Below, in pieces: positions 1-13,207 of a stretch of DNA of 64,000 bases; the first letter of the stretch is position 1, and the number at the start of each line of letters is the position of its first letter. The translations under genes were made by a program, and so were the position numbers. The stretch is taken from contig OY253671.1 in the NCBI GenBank assembly GCA_958009085.1, forward strand, positions 682,001 through 746,000. Direction: 5' to 3'. The notes beneath the pieces were generated by a model that saw nothing but the letters and a program-made list of their open reading frames with translations, had not been told where the DNA came from and made no database searches. This stretch comes from Protoeuglena noctilucae (taxonomy: Eukaryota).

Positions 1-1930
1 TCGCTCCCTGAGCCCCTCCTCTCCGCCTTCCTTTCCCGGGCAGTCCCCCGGCGCTCGTGAACGCCCTCCGCCTCCTCTGCGCTCTGCCTCTCGAGCAGCG
101 ACAGCGCCCCCAGGTGCTCCAGGACAGCTGGGTCGACGTTGGCCGGCAGGCGTGGGCCGACGCCAGGCATCGACGACATCCCCAGGGGCCCATAGACAGT
201 GTCCAGCACCGACTGCAGTTCTCCCTGACTCAGCTGGGCCCCGGCGTCCTGGAGCATGCGGGCCCACTCGCTGTGGTCAGGGTCGATGTCAGTGGCCCGT
301 GTCAGGCACCGCACGGCCTCCCGAGGGTCGCAGTCCTCGTGGCCCGCCTCCGCAAGACAGGCCTTTCCGCACAGAGCCCACGCCTCGCCCAGCAGCGCCG
401 TCTGCCTCTCCCTCTGCGGGCATGGGCCGGCAGCAGCCCAGAGCGTCGCACCACACGCGTCGGGACGGTCGTCCGGCTGACCCGCCCTGCGCTGCCTGAG
501 AGACAGCCGAGTCTCGCGCACACCTGCTCTCGGCTCCCGGACGCCGTCGCGCGTTGGCTCGAGTGCACGGGGCCCTGCATTCCCTCAGCAGTGCCCCCGC
601 TCCTCTCAGGGCCCCTCGCCTCCCGACCCTCGGCGCGACTGAGCACGCTCTCGACCGCCTGTCTGGCATGCTCCCGCGCCTGTAAGAAACACTTGGCGCC
701 GCAGTGCGCGTGGCCCAGCTCCACCAGGGCCTCCTCAGTCGACACGCCTGACAGCAGGTACCGACTCAGGCGCGCGTGGTACTCCAGGTCCGCAGCCTGC
801 ACGGCGGAGGCCAAAACGTGCTGCCTGAGCGGTGTCAGCTCTGCAATGCGCCGCATCCGATCCGCCTGCCAAAGCCGAGAGTCCCCTATGCGGCCGGCAG
901 CGTCACTTAACACCCCGCACAGCCTCGCCTTCCCGTCTGCTTCTGACATCTCCCCCGACAGGACCTTATCCTTGACCACGTCCTTCAACCGGCGGTTCTC
1001 CCGCATGACGTGCTGCGTCAGTCCCTCCACCAACTCCTCATCCGTCGCGACCTCCACCCTGCAACCATGGCACGACCAGTGACTGGTCATCGCAAGCTAA
1101 AAAGGCTCCGGCCGTCTCGACTGACCTGGTGATAACCACGGTGCGTCTCAGCGAGTGCCACCACCCTTACTCACCGGACAGGGACCGTGAGCCCCGTGGC
1201 CTGCCCCGCGACCATCGCCTCCTCCGACAACGCCAGCACCTCCCTCGACACCTCCTCCTGCGTCATCTTCCGCACCGCCTGCTTGAGCTGGAGCTCCGTT
1301 TGCTTCCTGCAGGAGCAAGCAAGCGTTGCTCCGGCACCTGCGTCACCCCCTACACGTCACAGCAGCCTCCTAGGTGCTGGCGGCTTTGGCGCGACTCCCT
1401 CGATGTCCGCACAGTGTCTCGCCTGGACGCATCGTCTGGAGCGAGCCGGTGGCTGACGCCGTAGTGCCGCGCGGCCTTGCCAAACTCCTTGAGGGCCACG
1501 TAAGCGGTCGCCGCGCGGTAGTGCGGCTTGTCCCACGCCGGCAAGAATTCCGCGGCTTCCAGAGCATCCTGGAGAGCCCGGGACGCCTCGCCGCACGAGC
1601 ATAGCGCGAGGGAGCGATTGCTCAAGAGGCGCCCTCGCATGTCACGGCTCTCCACCATCCCGAGCGCCTCCGTGTACCTGTGAGGCGCTCGAGCTCGGAG
1701 GATGTCACTTTGGTATAATGATGTATCTGTGCGCGTCATCGAGGCTCCTTGGCCGCGCACCTGGCCACCGCCCCGCGGTAGTTCCCGCGCTTCATGTCCT
1801 CGTTCCCCCGGTTGCGCAAGTGCTCCACGCGCATGTCCAACAGCTTCATTGACCGCGAAGCCTCGACACATGGCTTCACCGCCTCGGGGACAAGGATTCC
1901 CCGCCTCTGGACGGTGACCCGGCCCTCCAT
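1..1930 (-). CDS. TPR-repeat protein (spliced, runs off the window edge; start uncertain)
   Basis: Exons give TPR-like helices: VEHLRNRGNEDMKRGNYRGAVAR|YTEALGM..LLSNRSLALCSCGEASRALQDALEAAEFLPAWDKPHYRAATAYVALKEFGKAARHY. Further helical exons lie at about 1174-1311 and 302-1090. Confidence 0.7.
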
Positions 1931-2319
1931 CGAAGCCGTCCTTCGTTCCCCTCCCTCCCACTCTCGGTGCGGCCGCCGATCCCGAGACCCGGCCAACCGT
2001 TTCCTTGCTCGCTTCGGGTCGCCTTGATGAAGCGTCCCTTCGCTGAGGCTGTCCCCCAGCGCTGAAGGCCGGGTTTGAGGCAAGAGAGCGTGCTTCCCCT
2101 TCCGCAAGCCCCGCGACCCGGTTGACGACCGCGCCCTCGTCGCAGTCACTTCAAAATAAGCAACATTTGCATCCGGGCGCGCGATTCGGTGCATCGAGCT
2201 CGGGCGACGCCGCGTCACTGGCGTGTCCGTCCGTCTTCCATGGCTTTTCAGCGGCGTAGATAGTTGCTCGGCGTCCTTCCGCCCGGGCAGACTGGCCGCT
2301 GGGGACTCGCGCATCCCCG

Positions 2320-4455
2320 TCACGCCGACGCCTTGTCCAGGGAGATGCTGTTGCCCGAGAACTCCCTGAGTGTGCAAAAGAGTGCGGCTCAACGCTCCCC
2401 TGCACGCCCAGCGCCGCCCGTTCGCCGTCTCTGCCGCGCGCTCACTTGAACATCTTGCCCTCGATCGCCTCGCGGTACTTGGCGTTGTCGTTGACCGCGA
2501 AGTCGCTCAGCGGGCGGTCGAGCAGGCCCTCGATGAAGTTGAAGCGCACCTCGTGCGCATCCGTCGACGCCAGCGTGATGAGCCCCTCCTCCCACGCGCG
2601 GTCGAAGCAGTCCAGCCACAGCGCGCCCTGCGCGCCGGGGAATTCCCTGGCGACGAGACCCGGGCGGGGGACCGGGGTGTCGGACAGCATGCACCGGAGG
2701 GGCTCTCCGGGGGTGAAGTACTTCTGCGCCAGGCGCCTGAAGAGCAGGCGCTGGTTGCTGGGCCGGGCGTCCAGCACCACCTCCGCGACCGCGGCCTTGC
2801 TCGGGAGCGCAATCTCCTTGCCGTCGAAGTCCCTGTGGAGCAGGTAAGGTCGTCATGCCGAGTCATCCAACCAGGCCCGACGGCCTCGGGGGTGGCCAGT
2901 GCCAGCCGCGACGCAGCGGGCCGTCCACGCACCCGAACGTGTGCCCGTTGATGGCGCTCAGGTATGCCTCGTCCTCAGACACTGCCCTCTCTGCCAGGGG
3001 CACTCCCCGGACCTCCGGCTTGAAGACGGAGATTTTGAGACGCCTGTGGGGCTGCTCCGAGTCCCCGCCGTGCTCCTCCTCGATGGCGATCTCGCCGGCC
3101 TCGTAGGCCTTCTCAAAGCAGTCGAGCCACAGGATGGACTCCGGCCCCGCAGCCGCAGCCCCGTCCGCCTCCCTGTCCTGCGCGCAGGCCACGCGGCGCG
3201 GTGAGAGACCGAGAGACAGAGCGTCGCGGCGATGCCAGGGCAGCCGCGGCGCACCTCCGCGTGCGGCAGCGTGTGCTTGACGAGGGCCGAAGCAGGCACC
3301 GACAGGTCCGACACCATGCACTTCGACTTTGCAGCCGCTTTCCGCGGACGGTCCCGGTCCCGCCGGGGCTTCTTCACGGTCGCGGTGGCGACCTTGGCCC
3401 CGTTTGCTGCAAGCGCCCCGGACGCCACCACGCCACGGCCCGCGCGCCTGGGCTCCATCGCCCGAGCCAGAGCCTGCGGCAGCGCTTCGGCGAGCGCCTG
3501 CGGGAGCGTGCGCAGGAGGATGCCCGGAAGGACCTCAGCCAGCGCCTTGGGCAGCGCCTTCAAGACGTCCACGCGGTCCTGGGAGAGCGACGCAGCGATC
3601 GGCTGCGCTGATGCAGGGCCACGCGCCCTGCCCCTCCCCGCCGGAGCCTGCATGTCAGTGGAGAGTCGACCCAATCGCGCATTGCATGGTGCGGCCACGA
3701 CCACGCAGGCGAGCCGTGGAGGTCGGGCGGCGCTGGCGCTCACCACGACCGGAACGGGGGCGACGGACGAGTCCGTGACGCGGGGGGGGGCAGTGCTCCG
3801 CGTCCAGGCCGAGGGCGCGTGCCTGGTCGAGCACAGCGGAGACCGAGTCGTCGGAAGGGCCAAACACCACCGCAGCATCCACGGCGACCTTGGACCTGCG
3901 CGGCAGTAAGCGTCAGTAGGCGGTGAGCAGATGTGGTGAGCAGGCGCAGTGAGCAGGCGCAGCGAGCAGGCGCGGTGAGCAGGTGCGGTGAGCGGGATTT
4001 GGGGTGCACCGTCATGCTCCTCGCGGAGAGGCTCATCGTCGGCCTCGCAGTCGCCCGGCGTGCGCTCACCGAATGGCCTCCAGGCGGTCGGCCACGGAAG
4101 ACTCGGCACTGGACAGCACGAGCAGCGTCCGCAGGTGCCACTTCGCGGGGAACTTCGCAAGCGCCACCTGCGCCTGATCAACCCCTCCGGCGCCGGTGAA
4201 ATCGGCGACCATGGCGTCCCCGCCCATCATCGCAAAGTGATCCCCCGCCTTCCCCCGCAACACGTCGTAGATGTTGCCCGCGCTGCGCTTCCGACTCCAC
4301 GCCACGCCGGCCCTCTTGGCGGCCGTCTGGCATGCTGCCTCGTCCCCGGCCATCGGCATCACCCGCAGCATGGCCAGCGAGGCGCCATCCTGGGCGCAGT
4401 GCGCCGCGTACTGCACCGCCTCAGAGGCACGTTCCTCCTGCGATGAAGAGGGCAT
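2320..4455 (-). CDS. Uncharacterised protein with two tandem degenerate HNH-like (Crinkler/HNH_2-type) domains
   Basis: Spliced model from MPSSSQEE (4455) to ..KEFSGNSISLDKASA* (2320). Internal repeat: CMVSDLSVP..LWLDCFEKAYEAGEI..YLSAINGHTFGDFDG versus CMLSDTPVP..LWLDCFDRAWEEGLI..YREAIEGKMFKEFSG. Confidence 0.55.
3923..3996 (+). repeat. Imperfect 13-bp tandem repeat (about 5.5 copies, GTGAGCAGGCGCA-like), intronic
   Basis: gtgagcagatgtg gtgagcaggcgca gtgagcaggcgca gcgagcaggcgcg gtgagcaggtgcg gtgagcggg. Confidence 0.85.
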
Positions 4456-4931
4456 GCGCGGGCGGGGTCCGACGCGGAAGGAGGCTTGAAAAGCTCCGCA
4501 CATGCAAAGCAAAGGAAGTTTCCCTCCTCGCCGACTAGCGCGAAGACCACGGGCTTCCCGGCCTCCTGTGCGGCCTTCAGCCAGTCATCTGCTCCTGTTG
4601 AGGGAAAGAGACAGCCTCCTGTTCGCTATCGGCTTCAAACCAGCACTGGAACACACTGGGCCAGGATCTGGCGCGCTGCGGCCGACTCAAGCTGAGATCT
4701 GGGTCCCGGGACAATCAGACTTCATTCAGCGAAGCGGCACACAGCCCGCTTGGATTGGCAGTCGTGGATCGCGGCAGAGCAACCCCCTCGTCACCTGGGC
4801 CCGGCATTCTCCAAACCTGCACGGACTGTCTCGCCCACTAGAAGCTGCAAACGATCGTTCTTAGCGAAATGCTTCAACGACAGAGGACCTCAGGGTCAAA
4901 AAACGACAATCATGCGATAGGGCAAACACAA

Positions 4932-5819
4932 TCATGCGCTGGTGCGCTTGCGCGTGACCTCGAGGTTCCCCAAATTGCTCTTGAAAAGCCTCGTGTCCTC
5001 GTCGATGTACCACACGTCCCAGCTGCCCGGCTTGTTAACCGGTACCTCCTTCTTCACCAGGCCGCCGAAAAAGGACATGGTCATCGTCTCGAGGTCCACG
5101 CGGACGCGGCGGGGCCCGACGGCCTGCACCGACCCCGGCGTGCTTACGCTGCGGGCGTGGCCTCGCGATGTCGACGTTACCGCCAGGTCACCGCGTCGCT
5201 CCTGCCCGCGCCAGCGCGCATGCCTCGCCTGAACAGCCACGGCACGATCACGCCCCTCAGGGTCATGCGCCCGGGGTAGCCCTCGATGGTCTGCGAGAGC
5301 TCGGCGGCGAGGATGGGGCCGAAGCGCCCACCCCCTGGCCCCTCGTTCGTGTTATAGAGCATGTCGTGCGTGCCCTGGAGCCAGCTCTCCTCGATCTCGC
5401 GGCCGTCATACCGCGAGCCCGCGGCCACCTCCCGCAGCGCCATCGCCGCGTCCTCGATCTCTTTCATCTGCTCCGGCGTCGCCTTGCGACCGAACGGCCG
5501 CACTGCCTCGCACAGGCCGACCAGCTTGGACTTAGCGTCGCCTGCAGTCCCAGGGGAGCAGACGGGCTCGCCCTTCGACGGCCAGCGCATCTCGCAGTGT
5601 GAATTGACACATGTGATTGCAAATGTCTCAACGAGAGACACTTAAGAGGTTCCTCGACGGCGCTGCGCTCTCACGGATCTGCGCCTGGGAATCGCCCTGC
5701 GCCGCAACGTCGCTGACGCGCGGGGAGCTCGCTCTGACAACTGGCAATGTAGCCCTGCGACGGTCTCCAAGAAGCGGGAAACGGGAAAAGGGCGCAGGCG
5801 CCGAGGCGATCGCGTACAT
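4932..5819 (-). CDS. Plastid lipid-associated protein / fibrillin family
   Basis: Transit-peptide-like N-terminus (MYAIASAPAPFSRFP..VVRASS), then AKSKLVGLCEAVRPFGRKATPEQMKEIEDAAMAL, LQGTHDMLY, and C-terminal GSWDVWYIDEDTRLFKSNLGNL typical of the PAP_fibrillin domain. Confidence 0.75.
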
Positions 5820-6101
5820 CGTTGGCAACCGCTGCTGCGCGCTCCGGGCAGGCAGTGTGGGCCGCTGATGAGCCGCGGAGCTCAAAGACGAAGCCTCTGC
5901 GTCAGTCAAATGGCGAACATTGGCGATGGACGGCCGTGGCAAGGACGCGGTCCTGATATGACACGCAACGCTTCTGTCTTGCGCTGGCAACTGCAAGTCT
6001 CAGTGCTTTTTGACAAGGGGCGCGTCTCTGGATCCGTGCCTCCGCTCCGCAGTGACGCTGACGAGCGTGGGCGTCCCAGGGAAGCGCAGGACGTCCACAC
6101 C

Positions 6102-9100
6102 ATGAGCTCCCCGAGCCCCGCCACGCCATTGGGGCGGTTCAGCTTCTTCCCCGTCGACCTCCTGGCTCGGTAAGTGACGGTGAATAGAGGTTTGACTTCA
6201 TGCGCCTGCTGCCTGCGCAGGCGGCTCACTGCCGTTCAAAAGTGACGCATCCGACGCCGACCGTGCCCCCGCAGGATCGTTGGGAAGCACCTCACACCGG
6301 ACTTCCGCACGCCAGCGACGAAGGCGAGGTTGTTCATTGCACGTGGCATCTGGGTGGCTCTTAGATGGCTGTCACCGCGACGCACGCGGCGTGAGTTCCA
6401 ACAGCCCTTTCGTTCCTGAGGCTGGAGAGGACTCCCCGCGGACTGTGCCATCGCAGTATCTCGAGGGCGAGGATGCAAGCGATGCGGAGCGCGGCGGCGA
6501 TCGGACGGCCCTGGACGACGCCATTTCGGACACGGTCGACGCACAGCGCCTCCTGTTGACGAGCAAGGTGGGCGCAGCTGGGCACAGGGCACCCCCTGTT
6601 CGCCAGGCGCAGCAGTACCTGCTTGCTCACCCATTCCTCGATCACCCGCAGGAGCTGCTGGTGTCCTCGCTCTTCGCGCTGGGCCAGGCAGGCGTAGTGG
6701 TCGTCGACGACGACCGCGGGCCTCTCTTCCGCGCACTGTGGTGCGTCAAGCTCCCTCCTCCGTCCGACACCTCGGTGACGCCGAAGATTGCCATCCGCTC
6801 TCACGACAGGTGCTCATTGCGCCCTCACCAATCTCGCCGGATGGCTCCCAGCTACCCCCTCTAAACTACCCCCCTACTCTGCTGCGTTCCCAGCAACATC
6901 GACATCGACCTGCTCCTCGCGGGGGCGTGCAACGACTGGGTCAACGACGCCGTCTCAGTGCTCAAGCACCCGGACATCGTGCCCTCTCATCTCCCCTGCC
7001 TGGCCGACAAGTACCCTCGCCTGCGCCAGCTTTACCTGTCCGTGCCCGACCGCGCGGCACTCACCACCGTGTGCACGGCTGCGCAGGTGGGCCTGGCCAC
7101 AACCGTTTGCATATGATGCCGCCCACGTCATACGCGCGGGGTCCATGAAGTGCCTGGCGCCCCCCGCAGGGCGGCAAGGCCTGGGCGGACTGGCGGGAGC
7201 GCATGTTTGCATGGCACGCGGGGGAGGGGGTGACGCCGGAGCGCGTGTCGCCCAGAACCACAGAGACCCCAGGCCAGGTGGGCGAGGCGCCGAGGGTGAT
7301 GAGCGTGTACGGGGTGCAGGTGTACCTGGATCGCGACGACTGGTCCTCGAGCGAGTATGGCGAGGGAGAGGGCGGGGCGGCCGAGCAGGAGGCGGAGCCG
7401 TGGGAGCGCGAGGTGGGGGTTGCGGCAAGCGACTTTCCTGTCTGCCCGGACATCCGCGCGGCGCTCGCGCGGCTGCCGGGGCTGCAGCGGCTGCGGCTGG
7501 TCAGCAACGCGGACGCCGTGCAGCCGGAGCTCTCGGACTTCCTGGCGGCCGTGGCGGAGCGCTGCACGCGGCTGCGGGCGCTGGAGATCGTGGCGGAGTG
7601 CAACCACTGGCCTTGGATGTACTGCGAGGCGCTTCGGCACGTCGGGGGCATGCGGGGGCTTCGGCTCCTGTCGCTCGACTTCCAGCTGGTCGTGGATTCC
7701 CTCGCTGACATCGAGGACGACGAGTGAGTTGGGAGTGTCACGGGTGTCATGCTATGGGTGCCGCATGCCACCCTCCCGGTGCTCCGTCCATGCCGCGAGA
7801 TGCACCCACGCACTCTTGCGCCCTCTTTTGCAGTCACCGGCAGCAGCGCACCGATGACCTGGCCCGGAGTTACTCGGAGGCAGCTGCGCACCTGGCCAAC
7901 CTCCGGGAGCTCCGGTCCCTGACCCTGGTGAGTCGCATCAGAGACCGCGGTACCCAGGGCATCAAGTCAGGCAACTGGGCCTAGTTGTGGGCTTGACGCT
8001 CGCTCTGTCCGCCTGTCGTTACTCGCAGAACTCTCCGGTGGAGTTCAACGGCGTGGGGTACGTGCAGCAGGCGGAGTATCGATTCCTGGACTCCATGGTG
8101 AGACGCACACGAGACGCACTTCTGCGGCAACCTCATGTCACACGCATCGAGACGTTTCGCCCTGCACAAGTAGCAACTTCCGCTGAGTGTCACGCGCTGT
8201 TGATGCACACGACGCCGTTCCCTGCCCCCAGGAGAGCTTGGAGGAGCTGAATGCCGACCCGGTCTACCTACGTGACTGCGAGGGCCTCTCGATGCCCCGT
8301 CTGTCAGCCTGCAGCCTTGACCTGGTCCACCGGGCCGTCATGCGCCTCGACGCGACAGGCAACATCGCGAGGAGCATCGCCGCGCACCTCCCGTCGTTCG
8401 CAGCGCTGCAGTCCCTGAGCCTCGAGGCGGGCACCTCGGGCGGGGCGCTGGGGTCGCTGTCCGCCCTCACCTCCCTCACGCGCCTCCAGCTGACCATCAC
8501 CGTGGGCGGCCGCAACGCAGCCGCCGCCAACGCGAGCTCCCAGGCGAGGCGGCGTCCGCGTCGTGGCTCTATGCAAGGCCAGGGGTGTGCATGCCTTTGT
8601 CCTCTTGCGCTTGCCGGAGTCCTTCTCAAGTCGCTGAGATGTCATTTGCAGGAGCTGGAGAGTGCCGGTTCCGCACTGTGCAGTCTCACCTCGCTGCGGG
8701 AGCTCCTGCTGCGCGTCAGCACGGGGCGGCGAGGGGGCGGCAGTGCGAGGCCCCTCAACCACGGCCTGCTCCACTCGCTGGCGGCGCTGCCCGAGGTGCG
8801 GCTTCTCACGATCGAGGGATTCTGGTTCGACTCCACCGCGCACCTGGGTCACGCGCTGTCTGGGAAGCCCCGGCTGCAGCACCTGACCGTGCGTGGCCTG
8901 TCGTCTCGGCAAATGGCCGAGGACCTGGCGGGCCAGGCGGAAGTGGGCGGACCGGATGCCGCGGAGGCTGTCGCTGTGCTCAAGGACGGCTTCAGGTGAA
9001 GACGCACGCACGCACGCGCATGCATGGGTGACGACGTCCATGCCGGCATCGAGTCATCATGGCGGTCCAGCTGACGTTGTTCGCCCCAACGCTGCGCCCC

Positions 9101-10140
9101 TTCGTACTCCTCCCACCCTACCTGCTGCACCTACTCACACTCCTTCCACCCTCCGTCATGCAGGGCCCTCTCGTCCCTCCCCCGGCTGCGTTCCCTGGAG
9201 CTCCTCATGTCGGACGTGCGCACGTTCCCCGACGACGACGCGGCCACGGAGCTGGAGACGGCGCTGCTGCGGGAAGTCTTCTCCCTGACTCAGCTGCAGA
9301 GCCTCACTCTCGAGTCTGCTGCCAAGGCCGGGTACACCGCGCCCTGGATGGTCGGGGCCCCCGGGTGGACCCAGGAGGGGCGGTGCAAGGACTTCCTGGA
9401 TCATTGCCGGTTCACTTCCCGGCACCGGCTGAGGTGCGGCTGCGTGCGCGCGCGGGTGGCGAGTGGGTCGGCGTGCGGGGTGATGTGGCTGGTACAGTGA
9501 AGACGCCCTCCGCCATGACCGCTGTCACAGGGAGGTGGAACTGAGCTTCAAGGGCTACGCCGACGTGGGCCACTGCGCGCTGCTGTGCACGCTGAGCGCC
9601 GTCCCGCTGCTCAAGCGTGTGACGGTCGAGCTGGGGGGGTCTGTCGCTGAGGCAGGGCCCGTGATGCCAATGCCACCTGCGTCGGCGCGGTCCCACGCGT
9701 ACCTCCAAGCGGAGCAGTCGGGTCGCAGGGCGCGCAGGGGCAAGGCCGGGGAGGCAGCGAGGAGCGCGCATGGGGTGTTGACCTCCCCCGAGTGCCAGAG
9801 CCTGTTGAGGTGAGCACAACACCTGAAGTGACTGTAATCTGCCATGCATCGAACTGCCCTGCATCGAACCATGGGGGCTGTGTGCGGATGGCTGACGCGT
9901 GCTGCGCGGCTTGTCTGCGGAAGGCTGACGAATGAATGCTGTGGGTGCACCCGTGCCCCCAGGATGCTGCGTGAGATGCGCGAGGAGGGCGTGCACGTGG
10001 AGTTCACGAGTCTCGAGTCGCACCTGAACCTCGCGGACGAGACGCCCGTGGAGCAGCGCGCAGCGAGCAGGGTGCAGGTGCTGGGGGGGTCGACGGCCCC
10101 GGTCCCGGCCCGCTTAGAGGACGGCTACCCTCGCGAGTGA
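6102..10140 (+). CDS. F-box-like / leucine-rich-repeat (RNI-like) protein, multi-exon
   Basis: N-terminal FPVDLLAR|IVGKHL..LRWLSPR is F-box-like. Many LRR motifs follow: LPGLQRLRL, CTRLRALEI, LRELRSLTL, LSALTSLTRLQL, LTSLRELLL, LTQLQSLTL. Confidence 0.65.
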
Positions 10141-10431
10141 GCACGCCTCGCAGGCAGCGCATGAGTTGGGGCTGAGACAAAGCGGAACACATGCTCCTAG
10201 GTTCCTTTTCCGTCTCTTGTAAGTGCATGCTCCAAAGCGCACCCGCTGGCAGCTTCCTCGTCTGTTTTCGGCCCTGGCGCATTCAAGCCCGCGTGCTTTC
10301 AACTCGTTTGCCACGACGCATGCATCTCGCCTCTGCGTCCTTGGCGTATGGCAACGCCTCAGGGCATCCTGCGCCACCAGTGCAGCGCCCTATGCAAGGC
10401 CGTCGCGCCCCCCAGCTCTGTGACTGTGACT

Positions 10432-12766
10432 TCAGATGTAGAGTCCCTCGGGGATGCCCTCCTTCTTCTTGTACAGCACCTTCTCCTTGGCTTTCTGGAA
10501 GTCGGCGTGCGTGACGCGCATGCGGCGCTCCCGCAGCGCCAGCAGCCCCGCCTCAGTGCAGACCGCTTTGATGTCGGCGCCGCTGAGCTCGTCCTTGGCC
10601 ATGACGAACTCCTCGATGTTGACGTCCTCGGCCAGGCTCATCTTGCCCGTGTGGATCTGGAAGATGCGGCGCTTGGTCTTGACGTCCGGCAGAGGGAACT
10701 CGATCTTGCGGTCGATGCGCCCGGGGCGGATGAGGGCCGGGTCCAAAGACTCGATGCGGTTGGTCGCCATGATGACCTGCGGAGCGCGCGACAGGGGTGT
10801 CACAGCCCCCGTCCCTGTTGCTATGACACGGCGTGACCCTACTGCCCGTCACCTGACATGGTCTGAGCACACGAGCTGCGTGGCCTTGTGCCGTCCGTCA
10901 CCCCCTCACCTTGACGTCGCCCATGGCATCGAAACCATCCAGCTGATTGAGCAGCTCGAGCATCGTCCGCTGAATCTCCTTCTCGCCGCCCGAGTTGGCG
11001 TCGTAGCGCTGCGGGCAGCGAGGCGGCGGTGGATGTTGCACACGGGGGTCGCTCCCATCGTCCGGCCAGCACCGAGTGCGTCGCATGCCAATGGTCCTGC
11101 TCCCGCGAATGGTGACGCACGTAAGCACAGTCGCGGGCCTCGCCTTGGTGCCAATGGCGTCAATCTCGTCGATGAAGACGATGGACGGGCTCATCTCGTC
11201 AGCGATGCGGAAGAGCTCCCGCACCAGCTTGGGCCCGTCTCCGAGGTACTTCTGGATCAGCTCAGATCCCACGACACGCAGGAAGGTCGCGCTGGTCGAG
11301 TTGGCCACCGCTTTGGCCAGCTGCGGGCGCGCGACGGGCGCAACATGCGCTCATCGCATGGCACGCGGGCCATCACCACCCACCCGGCGCAGGCATGTGA
11401 CATCCACGTGCGCCCCACCGCGGCCTGGCCTCGCCCATCACTTGCGCCCACCACATCACCTCGCCTCAACCCCCACCCTCACCAGCGTCTTGCCCGTCCC
11501 GGGCTCCCCGTATAGAATGACGCCCTTGGGCGGCTTGATGCCGATCTCCTCGTAAAGCTCCGGGTGCAGCAATGGCAGCTCCACCGCCTCTTTCACCTCC
11601 ATGATCTGCTGCTCCAGCCCACCCACGTCCGCGTACGTCTCCAGCGGCGCCTTCTCCACCTTCATGACGGACACCATCGGATCCGCCTCGTCCTGGAGGA
11701 TGCCCACCACCGTGAGAACCTGCGGGGATGCACGGCACGTGAGACCTTGGCATGGGATGGCGAGGTGCGGGAGCGCGGCCCGGTCCGAGGGCCGGTGGGC
11801 CCGCCGCCGGCGCAGTCGAGAGGAATGTAATCTCGCTCGCCTTGTTGTGCATGAGGACGGTGCTCCCCGGCTCGAGCTGCGCTTTGTCCACGAACGACGC
11901 GATGCCCACGTAGTACTCCGGGCCCACGTTCGAGGACACGATCCCGTGGTTCTCGTCGATGATCTCCTCGAGCGTGCCCACCATCAGCGGCGACCCGCGG
12001 AAGTCATCGATCTGCGAGGGGAAGGCGGGGCCACCGGTCAAACGATGGCAGGACGAGCGAGCCCTCCCCCTCGACCCTGGGGAATCGCTGTGCATGAATC
12101 GCGAAAGAAGAATCGATAGACAGTCGCGGCATGACGTTCTCGGTCCGAGAAACCCTGCGACAGCACCCGCACGGGACCCACCTTGCTGCGGTCCTCCTCG
12201 ATCTTCTGGTCCGCGGGCTTCAAGCGCTCCTGGTTGGCCACGAACTCCTCCTCGATCAAGAGATAGTCCTTGATGCGCTCCAGCTTGAGGAGGCGCAGCT
12301 TGCACTTGGCGTTGGGCGTAACGTTCGGGAGCTGCGACGACGCGCGGCCACGGCGTCGCATACCCCTCACTGCCGCCCCCCACAACATCATGTGCAACGA
12401 CAGTCCCTGCTCCTCACCTTGGTTCCGTGCCCTTCGCCCCTCATGCGCCGCTGCTTCTTCCCCACTCGCGGAGGGGGAGCCGGGGGCTCCCACTTCTTCT
12501 TCTTCTGCACGCGAGGCCGGAGGAGGATCGAGAATGAAACCTCGCGCGACTCTGTGACGCAGGCGGTGCAGATCCCCCGTGCGACGCGGCAGAGGACGCC
12601 CCACGAGTCCGAGGCGGGTTACGCTCCGCAAATCCGCGAGCGCGACCGCCCCGTGAGCCAAAAGCGACAGGCTGTGAATCTAGCATTCAAAACGCACCTG
12701 GTCATTGCCACCCTTCCCCGGATCCCCCCGTCCCGGGCCTCCACCCGTGCTCTGGCCCTGGCCCAT
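10432..12766 (-). CDS. RPT2: 26S proteasome AAA-ATPase subunit Rpt2 (regulatory subunit 4)
   Basis: MGQGQSTGG.., [43 protein letters not shown] (Walker A), [11 protein letters not shown] (Walker B), C-terminal [12 protein letters not shown]. Confidence 0.98.
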
Positions 12767-13207
12767 GGGTCCTTCCCACCCCTCCTCGCGGGTTCCCCCA
12801 CCAGAACCCGAGGATCTGACTGTGCGATGCCTAGTCTATGCGGCGGTCCTGTTTGGAGGCCCGTATTGCCTCGAAGGGGTGCTGGGCGCAACACGTTGCA
12901 AAGGACACGTTGTCTCCGTTCACAGAGCCTCGAGTTCCTCCAAACACGGTGCCACCACCTTGAGGAGTGAGCAAGACTGCAGCCCGGACGCGGCGAGCTC
13001 AGCTGGAGATGCGCACACGTCGTGTCGCTGGCACGACGTCCTGCATCGCGCAAACGCCCCCGCTCAGCGCCGGAACCATCGAGACCTCTGAAACAGTCAG
13101 CCGCTGTCGGGGTGGTACGCTCGCTTGCAATAGAAGACGTCCTTTTTTGCATGGGTGCTGCATGCATGCGTTGATGCAGTGCCTAAGTGAGGAACCTAGC
13201 GACACCC

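Noticed and set aside
57..1082. Long plus-strand ORF, and many similar Arg/Pro/Ala-rich ORFs across the window
   Set aside because: Antisense or off-frame shadows of real genes, caused by high GC and few stop codons.
10218..10222. TGTAA chlorophyte-type polyadenylation signal
   Set aside because: Present after the LRR gene but not consistently after other stop codons, so it cannot be called with confidence.
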